From a virus (taxonomy: Duplodnaviria > Caudoviricetes): DNA of 64,000 nucleotides. Below are positions 51,210 through 60,550 of this stretch, in pieces; the first letter of the stretch is position 1, and the number at the start of each line of letters is the position of its first letter. Under the pieces are notes generated by a model. The model was not told the DNA's origin, made no database searches, and was given only the letters and a program-made list of their open reading frames with translations. The DNA lies in IMG/VR virus record IMGVR_UViG_3300032319_001025, positions 80,014-144,013 of that record; one strand, given 5' to 3'. The translations under genes and the position numbers were made by a program.

Positions 51210-53063
51210 ATGAAAGACGAATTAAATAATGCATTTATAGCACCAATAACAAGTCTCCAACATTTAAGAGATTGGGTAAACACTTACCTTGATATAGATC
51301 TACCCTGCGGATACGTGGACCCCACAAGCAATAGTTCTCCTGCAGAATGGCTTTGGGAAGCTTATAATACGTACAAAAACAATAAAGGAAATCAAATTCC
51401 TGGGTATATAATTTTATCTTCTAGAGAAGGCTTTAAAACTTTAACCGAGTCTATTTTTGCTGTTTTAATGATGGTTCATTTTAAAGCAAGTATTGCTCAT
51501 ATGGCCGCTATTGAAAATCAAGCTAAAAAAGCTATAGGCTATATAGATAATTTCCTACTTAAAATTAAGCCCTTTCTTGAAGCAAATGGATATAAAGTTG
51601 ACGCAAACAATAAAAGAAGTATTTCTATAATTAATGAAAAAGGCGAAAAAGCATATGTATCAGTCGTTATTTGCAGCCTTAGCGGAGCCAATTCCGATCA
51701 CACTAATATAATGTGTCTTGATGAAATTGACGTTGTTGCCGATGAAAGAGCATACAGAGAAGCTAAATATATTCCTGGATTCATTAAGGGTCAGTTTCCT
51801 ATTACCATTAAAACAAGCACAAGAAAGTTCGCTTTCGGGTTAATGCAACAGGAAATTGATGCAGCACCTGGAGCAAAAGAAAAAATATTACAATGGAACA
51901 TTATTGATGTTACTGAATATTGTCCAGAAGAAAGACATAAACCAAACGAACCTAAACAAGTAAGATACCTACATCCTAAATTACCATTAAGGCATTTATC
52001 AAAAGAACAATGGCAAACTCTGCCAGAAATTGAAAGATTAGAATATAAAGAAAAAGAACTTTATTCAGGATGTGCTTCTTGCCCATTAGCTCCTGTATGC
52101 CAAGGAAGATTAGCAAATAGACCTAAAACTGATGTAGGGGGTTTATATAAATCGATTGATTTTACTATTAATCAGTTTTATAAAACAGATCCAGATATGT
52201 CAGAAGCACAGCTTATGTGCTGGAGACCATCAACTTCAGGTCTCGTTTATCCAAACTATTTAGAAAGTGGAAGCAAAAGCAATATATATTCTGTTCAAGA
52301 GGCTTATAAAGTTTTTACTGGACTGGATGCGCCCAAAAATTTTACTTATGAAAATTTAATATATACATTAAAAGAAAACGGAATTAAATTTGTAGCTGGA
52401 GTAGACTGGGGATATAAACACGCTTTCGCAATTACAGTATCTGCAAAAATGCCAAATAAAGAATGGTGGTTTGTTGATTGTTACTCAGTTCCTGGACTTG
52501 AATTTGAACAAATGATTGCTTTAGCAGAAGATGTTAGAGATCTGTATGACATTGAAAAATGGTACGCAGATACTTCAGCACCAATGTTTATTAGAGCTTT
52601 CAGAAAAAGAGGAATGCCGTGTGCCGAATTTAAAAAAGATGTTCAGGGAGGAGTTGAAAGCACTAGAGCACAAATTTTAGATGCATCAAATAATAGATGG
52701 TTCAAAATTATTGATCATTCAAGAACAGAATTTTTAAAAGAATGCATGAGAAAGCACTCCTTTAAGCTAGATCAATCTGGTGAACCTACAAAAGATCCTA
52801 GTGACGATCAATATGCTGACGTTTGCGATACCATTAGATATAAAGCTCAAAATTTATTTCCAATAAATAAAAATCAAGGTAAATTAAAACAATCTAAAAT
52901 CGAAGGATTTAAACCTCCTAAAATAGAAAATACTCAACAATACCAAGATTGGATGTCGTTAAAAATACAAGAATTGGCAAAAGATCCTATATCAAACAAG
53001 GGTTCTTCAACAAACAATACGTTTTTTTGGGATTTTACTGGAAGCGTAGATGAAGATGATTAA
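51210..53063 (+). CDS. Terminase large subunit
   Basis: Walker A-like 'ILSSREGFKT', Walker B 'MCLDEID', 'TSTRK'; nuclease 'GVDWG', 'WYADTS', 'DVCDTIRY'; upstream of the portal. Confidence 0.88.
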   Translation: MKDELNNAFIAPITSLQHLRDWVNTYLDIDLPCGYVDPTSNSSPAEWLWEAYNTYKNNKGNQIPGYIILSSREGFKTLTESIFAVLMMVHFKASIAHMAAIENQAKKAIGYIDNFLLKIKPFLEANGYKVDANNKRSISIINEKGEKAYVSVVICSLSGANSDHTNIMCLDEIDVVADERAYREAKYIPGFIKGQFPITIKTSTRKFAFGLMQQEIDAAPGAKEKILQWNIIDVTEYCPEERHKPNEPKQVRYLHPKLPLRHLSKEQWQTLPEIERLEYKEKELYSGCASCPLAPVCQGRLANRPKTDVGGLYKSIDFTINQFYKTDPDMSEAQLMCWRPSTSGLVYPNYLESGSKSNIYSVQEAYKVFTGLDAPKNFTYENLIYTLKENGIKFVAGVDWGYKHAFAITVSAKMPNKEWWFVDCYSVPGLEFEQMIALAEDVRDLYDIEKWYADTSAPMFIRAFRKRGMPCAEFKKDVQGGVESTRAQILDASNNRWFKIIDHSRTEFLKECMRKHSFKLDQSGEPTKDPSDDQYADVCDTIRYKAQNLFPINKNQGKLKQSKIEGFKPPKIENTQQYQDWMSLKIQELAKDPISNKGSSTNNTFFWDFTGSVDEDD

Positions 53064-53793
53064 ATCTAAAAAAGAAATAGAATTAATTAAAGATTCTGGG
53101 AAAATAGTTTCGGAAGTATTAAAAACTCTTGCCCTTAATGTAAAAGAAGGCATTACCCCTATAGAAATTGATACTTTATGCAAAGCTATTATAGAAAAAC
53201 ATAATTCAATATCAGCATGTTTAAATTATTACGGTTTTCCTTCAAATATATGTATTTCCGTAAATGATATCGCTATTCACGGAATACCGAACAAAATACC
53301 GTTTAAAAACGGAGATTTAGTTAAATTAGACTTAGTAGTTAAAAAAAATGGGTATATGGCAGATAGTGCAATTACTGTAGGTGTTGGAAATTTAACAGAA
53401 AAAGCAAAAAATTTAAAGGAAGTAACAGAAAAAGCTTTATATTCAACTATTTATGAAGTTAAACCGAATATATCTATAAAAGATATGGTTAAACCAATCA
53501 AACAGATTACCAGCAAACATGGTTATGGTATAATAAAAGAGTATTGTGGTCATGGAATAGGCTCAGAAATGCACGAAGAACCATATATTGTACACGATCC
53601 TGACTATGCAATTGATTTTATTTTAAAACCTGGTATGGTAATATGTATAGAACCTATGATTACCGAAGGTTCGCCTAAAGTTAAGGTTCTTGATGATGGT
53701 TGGTCAGTTTCAACATTAGATGGCGGATTAAGTGCTCATTTTGAACACACAGTTTTAGTAACTGATAATGGATATGAGGTATTAACATTATAA
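53050..53793 (+). CDS. map: Methionine aminopeptidase type I
   Basis: 'CISVND...HGIP', 'GDLVKLD', 'DSAIT', 'YCGHGIG...HEEP', 'IEPMI', 'SAHFEHTV'. Confidence 0.96.
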   Translation: MKMIKSKKEIELIKDSGKIVSEVLKTLALNVKEGITPIEIDTLCKAIIEKHNSISACLNYYGFPSNICISVNDIAIHGIPNKIPFKNGDLVKLDLVVKKNGYMADSAITVGVGNLTEKAKNLKEVTEKALYSTIYEVKPNISIKDMVKPIKQITSKHGYGIIKEYCGHGIGSEMHEEPYIVHDPDYAIDFILKPGMVICIEPMITEGSPKVKVLDDGWSVSTLDGGLSAHFEHTVLVTDNGYEVLTL

Positions 53794-53801
53794 CTTAATC
53801 T
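53791..53801 (+). promoter_or_regulatory. Candidate late promoter motif TAACTTAATCT
   Basis: The same 11-mer as 3527-3537, about 30 nt upstream of the ORF at 53833. Confidence 0.5.
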
Positions 53802-53832
53802 AATGTAAGATACCGTTTTTCAAGGAAAAAAA

Positions 53833-54804
53833 ATGAATGTCATTAATGTTACAACTCAATTATTAGCTTATTCAGATCCAACATTAACAGATAATCCACA
53901 ATTAAAATCTATTGATTGGACTAGAAGGCTTTTTCAGATTGCTGTGTCGAACCCTATGTCCGATGCAAAAACTTTATATCCAGGAGAATCTTTTCAAATT
54001 TTTGATGGAACTAGGACTACTACTTTGGATGGAACTTCTGTACTAGAAATTAAATTGTTATCGAATACTGCAAACAGATATAGAATTAAAGTAACATCAG
54101 GAAATTCTGGTTTTAGAACTGGTAGATTAGTTTTTTCAATTAATAACGTTACAGTTCAAATTAATAATAATGCTATAGCAAATTTTGATTTTACTGGTGC
54201 AAATATATCAAACGTTCAAGTCGGCGACACAATGAGGATTTCTGGACAACTAATGTACGATTCAGGACCTTTTGTATTTAATCCGTTAAATGCTGGTATT
54301 TGGAAAGTTATTGGTATAAACGGAACAGTTGTCCAAGCGGTAAGACCTACAGGAGAATCTTTTTCAGCAGCTAACGAATCTGTTACAGGGGCTTCATCTC
54401 AAGTTTCTTTTTATTCGTCGAGTGGCGTTCAGGTTGGAGATAAAGTAAGCATTAATGATACTTTTAGCACTGTTTCTAGAAGGTCTTATGAAGTGTTAGA
54501 TGTAACCCCAGATTCTTTTGATTTTGTAAGTGGTATATCTATTCCAGAAGAATCAGGCTTGACATATATTCCAGGATCTTTGGTTTTTTACTCCGATTCA
54601 AAAAAATTGGTTTATATTGAAGTAGACCAAGATGCTGTTGTTAGATTTAACGATGATTCTTCAGATAACAATAAGGTTACTCCAATTTCTGCAGGTAATC
54701 AAAATTTAATAGGATATTTACATAAATTTGGTGATAGCTATAAAGTTACTGTTATTAATAGATCTATTAATACAATGAATGTTAAATTTTTTACATGTGA
54801 ATAA
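53833..54804 (+). CDS. Beta-rich virion structural protein
   Basis: Composition like the tail proteins; directly upstream of the portal. Confidence 0.45.
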   Translation: MNVINVTTQLLAYSDPTLTDNPQLKSIDWTRRLFQIAVSNPMSDAKTLYPGESFQIFDGTRTTTLDGTSVLEIKLLSNTANRYRIKVTSGNSGFRTGRLVFSINNVTVQINNNAIANFDFTGANISNVQVGDTMRISGQLMYDSGPFVFNPLNAGIWKVIGINGTVVQAVRPTGESFSAANESVTGASSQVSFYSSSGVQVGDKVSINDTFSTVSRRSYEVLDVTPDSFDFVSGISIPEESGLTYIPGSLVFYSDSKKLVYIEVDQDAVVRFNDDSSDNNKVTPISAGNQNLIGYLHKFGDSYKVTVINRSINTMNVKFFTCE

Positions 54805-54815
54805 TTTAAGGTTTT

Positions 54816-56879
54816 ATGGCAGAACAAGATAAAAATAAAAACGGAAATCAATTACAGCCTATAGATCCTGTTGCAATTAAAGCTCTTGCCAAAAAAGAAG
54901 AAGATCTTTCAAAACAAGAACCTTCTGAGCCAGGGGTTTTGGAACTTTTATTAAAGTCATTAAAAACTTACGAATCAGCTCAAAGAATGAGCTTCGAAGT
55001 AGACCCTACTCTATCTACGTCTTCTTACGGCGCACTTTACAGACCTAAAATCAATCTTGTCCCAGATTATATTATTAAAAGAATTACTGGACCGCAAGGA
55101 GATGACCTTGTTTGCCAGATTCTTCAAGCGCGTGCAAATATCATGTCTTCGTTTGGAAGACCTAGAACATCTAGGTTTTCTATTGGTTTTGAATTTGTAC
55201 AAGTTAACAATTCGATTAAAAAAGATACGCCAGAATATGAAGAAATGAAAGAGCGTATTAAAAAAATTAAAGAATTTTTATGGAATTGCGGATATAAAGA
55301 CGCTCTTGATGGCGGTGAATATTTTAGACCTACTTTATCTCAGTTCATGAAAATGATCACTAGAGATGGTCTTGCACATGGAAGAATTGCAGTAGAAAGA
55401 ATTTACGCACCAGATCCAAACACTGGTAAAAAAAGACTTGTTGCCTTTAGACCAGTTGATTCTGGAACGATTTATCATATTATCTCTAGAAGATCTTTAG
55501 ATCAAAGCACTAGGGATAACGCTATTAGAATACTTTCCCAGCTTAAAAATGAAAAAATTGATATCAAAAGATACGAACAAGATGAATATCGATGGGTTCA
55601 AGTTATTAATGGCAAACCAGAACAGACTTTTTCAGAAGAAGAGCTTGTAGTTTACAATCTTTTTCCTACCAATAATGTTGAATTTAACGGATATCCATTA
55701 ACTCCTATTGATCAGGCACTAAATGCAATTGCTACACATATTAATATAGCACTGCACAATAAATTATATTTTCAACACGGCAGAGCATCAAAAGGAATGC
55801 TAGTTTTAAGTTCAGCTGATATTGATGAAGGTTCAGTTCATAGAATTAGGAATCAATTTCATCAATCGATTAATTCTGTACAAAATTCATGGAGAATGCC
55901 AGTATTTGGTATCGGTCCAGAAGATAGTTTGACATGGCAGGCAATTGACACATCTGGAAAAGATCAAGAATTTACTTATCTATCTGACAATAATGCCAGA
56001 GTTATTTTATCTGCATTTTTAATGTCTCCAGAAGAACTTCCTGGTTATTCACATTTGGCCAGAGGTACAAATACTCAAGCATTATCAGAATCTAATAATG
56101 AATGGAAATTAACGGCTGCTCGAGATGTGGGCTTACGACCTTTAATATGTGACATGCAAGATTTTTTTAATGCTCATATTATTCCAGAAATTGATTATGA
56201 GTTTTCAAAGCATTATAGATTAATTTTTGCAGGTATTGAGCAAGATAGCCCAGAAAAAGAAGCAACTAGAATTTCTCAAGATATGTCAATTCATATGACA
56301 TATAATGAAGTTTTAGAGCGAGTAGAAAAAGATAAAATGCCAGCAGAGCTTGGTGGAGACTATCCGCTTAGCCCACAATTTGTTACTTCAGTTTTAGATC
56401 CTTATCTTACTGTCGGTGAAAAATTAGAAAACTTTTTTGGTAAAAAAGGTGCCTCTAAAGATCCAAGATTTGACTGGTATAGAGATCCTCTTTGGTTACA
56501 ATGGCAACAGGTAATTTTACAAAAAGCACAGCTTGCTTCTCAAAACATTATGATGGCTCAACAAATACAACAACAAAATTTACAATTAATGTCACCAGAA
56601 AACCCTCAACAGCCACCAGAACAAGAACAAGTACCAGAGGGCGCAACCGAAGCTCAAAAAAGCGAAATTATGGCTAAAAACCAAAAAGCTTTAGAAGAGT
56701 GGCATGCTCAAAATTTTCAAGGTTTAGCTAAAGCCACTCAAAATAATCACGATACTTTAACCAAAATGATTTTAAAGCGTCATAAAGAAATGGTTGAAAA
56801 ACATTTAGATGACTGGTCCAAAGAAAGCAAAGACGCTGTTAAAAAAATAAAAGACTCCTTTAACAATGAAAAAGAGTAA
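54816..56879 (+). CDS. Portal protein
   Basis: 'RPVDSGTI', 'GYPLTPIDQA', 'YFQHG...KGML', 'FLMSPEEL', 'GLRPL', 'MTYNEV'; lies between TerL and the protease. Confidence 0.9.
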   Translation: MAEQDKNKNGNQLQPIDPVAIKALAKKEEDLSKQEPSEPGVLELLLKSLKTYESAQRMSFEVDPTLSTSSYGALYRPKINLVPDYIIKRITGPQGDDLVCQILQARANIMSSFGRPRTSRFSIGFEFVQVNNSIKKDTPEYEEMKERIKKIKEFLWNCGYKDALDGGEYFRPTLSQFMKMITRDGLAHGRIAVERIYAPDPNTGKKRLVAFRPVDSGTIYHIISRRSLDQSTRDNAIRILSQLKNEKIDIKRYEQDEYRWVQVINGKPEQTFSEEELVVYNLFPTNNVEFNGYPLTPIDQALNAIATHINIALHNKLYFQHGRASKGMLVLSSADIDEGSVHRIRNQFHQSINSVQNSWRMPVFGIGPEDSLTWQAIDTSGKDQEFTYLSDNNARVILSAFLMSPEELPGYSHLARGTNTQALSESNNEWKLTAARDVGLRPLICDMQDFFNAHIIPEIDYEFSKHYRLIFAGIEQDSPEKEATRISQDMSIHMTYNEVLERVEKDKMPAELGGDYPLSPQFVTSVLDPYLTVGEKLENFFGKKGASKDPRFDWYRDPLWLQWQQVILQKAQLASQNIMMAQQIQQQNLQLMSPENPQQPPEQEQVPEGATEAQKSEIMAKNQKALEEWHAQNFQGLAKATQNNHDTLTKMILKRHKEMVEKHLDDWSKESKDAVKKIKDSFNNEKE

Positions 56880-57705
56880 CCTCAGTTTAACTCAAAAAGT
56901 GCTAATAACTGCTTTATTAGCTGACTTATTTTATAGAGTTCAAGCTAAGTTTTTGGGGCACAGATTTGAAGGTCCTGTAAAATATAGAATGCTTTCTGCA
57001 ACAGCCGATAAAAATTACACATTAGATGGAATATATCTTTACACTCTTTTCATATTATATGGTATCGGAATATCTCCAGACGAAAAAGAATTAGAGGGGT
57101 TAGCGTCAGTATCTCAAAACTATTTTGAAGTACAAAGACTTAAAGCTACAAATGAACTCATTATAGGTTTAAATGCTGCAAAAAATAAAAAAGAAGCAAA
57201 TGAAATTATTAAAAAAATATTCAACAAAGCTTCAAACTCAATAGAGTTACTGCTAAATACTGAAACTAAAACTGTTCAAGCATACGCAGAATTACATGGA
57301 GTATCTAAGCTTTCTGCTAAAGATGGGATTTCTGACCCTACAATAGTAAAGTTTGGTATTGTTGATGATAGAATTTGCGAAGCTTGTAAAAAACTTTGGC
57401 ACGACAAAGACAATCCATCAGTACCAAAACCTTGGAAAATGTCCGAATTAAATTTTGGTTATAGCTCTTACAAAGATATAAAAGCTACAATAGGACCAAC
57501 ACACCCAAGGTGCAGACATACTATTTCTTATGTACCGCCCAATCATGGATTTAGCGAAAGCGGTAAACTCATGTTTAAACATGAAGGATACGATTATTAT
57601 CAAGAATACTATAAAGTTAATAAAAAAGAAGACTTACAAGAAACTCTTGTGAAATCCTGCACTTGCGACGATCCTTTTCATCATTCCCCAAACTTAATCT
57701 TTTAG
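56866..57705 (+). CDS. Head morphogenesis protein (Mu gpF/SPP1 gp7-like)
   Basis: 'DDRICEAC...GPTHPRCRH'; follows the portal. Confidence 0.75.
   Translation: MKKSNLSLTQKVLITALLADLFYRVQAKFLGHRFEGPVKYRMLSATADKNYTLDGIYLYTLFILYGIGISPDEKELEGLASVSQNYFEVQRLKATNELIIGLNAAKNKKEANEIIKKIFNKASNSIELLLNTETKTVQAYAELHGVSKLSAKDGISDPTIVKFGIVDDRICEACKKLWHDKDNPSVPKPWKMSELNFGYSSYKDIKATIGPTHPRCRHTISYVPPNHGFSESGKLMFKHEGYDYYQEYYKVNKKEDLQETLVKSCTCDDPFHHSPNLIF
57691..57700 (+). promoter_or_regulatory. Candidate late promoter motif AACTTAATCT
   Basis: About 60 nt upstream of the prohead protease gene. Confidence 0.45.
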
Positions 57706-57760
57706 TAAATAGTATAAGTACTTATTTTAATAAGTATTTTATTTTTAAACGGTAATTTTC

Positions 57761-58663
57761 ATGTTAATTGACGGACCAATTACAACTCAAACTATTGATA
57801 GTAGCGGTGAAATTTTAGATTTAAAAGGTCTTGATATTTCCGACTTTTTAGAAGGTAAAGCTACTGCAAATTTTGAGCATAACAATGACAATGCTGACGA
57901 TGTTCTAGGTTGGTTTGTTTATGCTAAAAAAATCTTTAGCGAATCAGATTGTGAAAATGAACGTCAAAAAATGTTTTGGGATAAAGTTAAAACCCCGTTT
58001 TTATATGGTGTATTAGAGCTTTTAGACGACGCCTCTCACCCTGGAGCAATTGCAGTTGCTGCAATGCTTAGATATTTTAAAAAGAAAAATGAACCAGTAA
58101 GAATTGGAATGAGTATTGAAGGATCTACTCTTGAAAGAGATGGGCATATATTAAAACGAACTGTTGGTAGAAAAGTAGCTATTACTCTTAGACCATGCAA
58201 TAAGCAATGTATGCTTGACGTTTTACCGCAAGAACGTACAGATGAATTGATTCATAAAATGGAATCTGATTATATTAAATCTTTCGAAGTTGATTCCCCT
58301 ATACTAGAAAAATCAGAATTTTTAAATAATAATAAAAAGACATTTAATAAATCAGAGTCAAATCTTATCGACGAAATTAAAAAAGATTTGTTAAATTTAA
58401 GAAAAACTCTAACAGCTGGAATGGGAAACGCTGCACCATCAAGTCTTGTAGGCGGTTCTGCACTTGCTGTAGAAGATAAAAAAAATAAAACAAATGTAAA
58501 TGTTTTAAAATCTGTTATTAGAGATTTTCAAGGTAAATCAAAAGAAGATTTTAAGAAAGCAGTAAAAGAAGCTTTACCAGATTTGAGTGATAAATATGTT
58601 GATCATTTTGTTGATTTAGCAGAAGATTTGTCGCTTAAAAAATTTAAGAAAAGACTTTTTTAA
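57761..58663 (+). CDS. Prohead protease (HK97-type fold)
   Basis: 'IDSSGEIL..KGLD', 'NFEH', 'GMSIEG', 'VAITLRPCN'. Confidence 0.85.
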   Translation: MLIDGPITTQTIDSSGEILDLKGLDISDFLEGKATANFEHNNDNADDVLGWFVYAKKIFSESDCENERQKMFWDKVKTPFLYGVLELLDDASHPGAIAVAAMLRYFKKKNEPVRIGMSIEGSTLERDGHILKRTVGRKVAITLRPCNKQCMLDVLPQERTDELIHKMESDYIKSFEVDSPILEKSEFLNNNKKTFNKSESNLIDEIKKDLLNLRKTLTAGMGNAAPSSLVGGSALAVEDKKNKTNVNVLKSVIRDFQGKSKEDFKKAVKEALPDLSDKYVDHFVDLAEDLSLKKFKKRLF

Positions 58664-59123
58664 GGAGTGAAAAATGAAAGCAGAATTTCATGAAAATGGA
58701 ATGATTAAAATGGAATTTGATAGAAGCACCCCAGAGCATATCAAAAAAGCGGCACTTAAATGGGCTAAAAAAAGAGGTTTAAAAGCCACTGAAGCATCAT
58801 TAAATAAATCCGCTAACTCACCAGAATTATACATTTTTTCAGTATCGGGTAAAAATTTACCGCTAACTGATAATTACATTTCTAAAAAATGGGACTTTAA
58901 ATAATTGTTTTTATTAAGTATTTTGTCTAATACTTATAATTAACAAAAAAAACAACAATTACAATAACTTATTAAATAGTTGAAATTATTAACTATTTTA
59001 TTTTTATCTTAAATCTTATAATTAAGGCAAAGTATAACTTTGCGAAAAGTTTAAGTTTATCGTACAATCAAAACTTGATTAAAACTTTAACAGACTGTCG
59101 TTAAAGACAAAGGAGATAGCAAA

Positions 59124-59546
59124 ATGTCAGCATTTAAAGCTCAGGCGATGGCCAGAAACCTTACACAGCGTTTGAAAGCACAAGTTGCTCCTACGCTTAC
59201 AATTACTCAAACATTGGATGCAAACAACATGCCAATTTTGAAAATTGAAAAAGGTGCAGAGAAAATTTTTGTTAAAATCGAAGTAGAACAAAATCCTTCT
59301 GGCGGTGTTAACGCTGTTGGAATCGCTCAAGAATCATACAGCCCACACGCTGTTACTATCTTGAGAGACAGCACTGCATCAGATGCAGACCTAAGAGAAA
59401 AAACATCGAGCGAAGCTATCAAACTTGGAACTAAAGTTGATATTTATCAAGTAGATCCAATGCCAGCTTCTTACGATTTAACTGGAGCATCCAAGGTTGC
59501 TTCTTTACCATCAGATCCTTACAACAAACTTACTCTTTCCGAGTAA
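59124..59546 (+). CDS. Probable head-associated structural protein
   Basis: Strong RBS (AAGGAG); first gene of the scaffold-capsid unit. Confidence 0.45.
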   Translation: MSAFKAQAMARNLTQRLKAQVAPTLTITQTLDANNMPILKIEKGAEKIFVKIEVEQNPSGGVNAVGIAQESYSPHAVTILRDSTASDADLREKTSSEAIKLGTKVDIYQVDPMPASYDLTGASKVASLPSDPYNKLTLSE

Positions 59547-59600
59547 TATTTTTTTGTTTTTAAGTTTATCTGATATAAACATTTTTTTAAGGAGTTATCA

Positions 59601-60548
59601 ATGTGGCTAAATGATAAAGAAATCGAATCATTGATTTCTTCGGTACAAGAAGAGCTTGAAAAAGCTGAATTCTTGGCAAAATCTTATCAAAAAGACGAAG
59701 CCGAAGACGAAGAAGCCCCTGAGCAAGAAGCTGCAGAAGAAGCAGCTCCAGAAGCTTCAGCAGAAGCCCCTGAAGAACATGAATCTGAAGAACCTGCAGA
59801 AGTTTCTGCAGAAGCTCCAGAAATGCACGAAGAGGCACCAGCGGAAGCACACGCAGAAGCTGAGGAAGGTTCTCAAATGTCTGATGAAGACCTAGTTAGA
59901 ATTTATTCTTCTATGTCTCCTGAAGAACTTGAAAGACATGCTATGATTGCTCAAATGGTTGCAGAAAGAATGCATCCTGAATCAGAAGCAGCTCCTGAAG
60001 AAGAAGCAGCTCCTGAAGCAATGAAAGCAGAAAAAGAAGAGGATGAAGATGAAGAACACGAAGAAAAAGCAGAAGCCTGCAAAGCTGAAAAAGAAGCTGA
60101 CCACAAAAAAGAAGCAAAAGAAAGCCACAAAGAAGACGAAGACCACAAAGACGACAAAGACGAAATGAAAAAGTCTGAGTCAGAAATTCTTCTAGAAAAA
60201 TTAAAGGCTTACGAAACAGATTCAAAAGAGATTAATTCTTTGAAAAAAGAAAATGAAGCTCTTAAAGCAGAACAAGAAAAACTGAATAAATCTATCGATT
60301 TGCTAACTAAAGCAATCGAAGCAGGTTTCAAACCTGTCAGAAAATCAGTTGCTGGGGTTGAATTTACAACTCGTTCTCAAGAAGTTTCTGAAGCAAAGCC
60401 TTTAACAAAGTCTGAGCTTATGGAAAAAATTAAAGAGAAGGTAAAGGAACCAGCTCTTTCTAAGTCAGAACGTGATTTAATTAATCAGTACGTATTATAC
60501 GGTACTGATAAAGAAAAAGTTGAAAAACTTATTATCGGAGGAAAATAA
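59601..60548 (+). CDS. Scaffolding protein
   Basis: Highly acidic, rich in E/A/P/K, with a coiled coil; immediately upstream of the MCP. Confidence 0.75.
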   Translation: MWLNDKEIESLISSVQEELEKAEFLAKSYQKDEAEDEEAPEQEAAEEAAPEASAEAPEEHESEEPAEVSAEAPEMHEEAPAEAHAEAEEGSQMSDEDLVRIYSSMSPEELERHAMIAQMVAERMHPESEAAPEEEAAPEAMKAEKEEDEDEEHEEKAEACKAEKEADHKKEAKESHKEDEDHKDDKDEMKKSESEILLEKLKAYETDSKEINSLKKENEALKAEQEKLNKSIDLLTKAIEAGFKPVRKSVAGVEFTTRSQEVSEAKPLTKSELMEKIKEKVKEPALSKSERDLINQYVLYGTDKEKVEKLIIGGK

Positions 60549-60550
60549 CA

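Noticed and set aside
59690-60180. GAAGCAGCTCCTGAAG-type short repeats
   Set aside because: Explained by the low-complexity E/A/P coding sequence of the scaffold protein.
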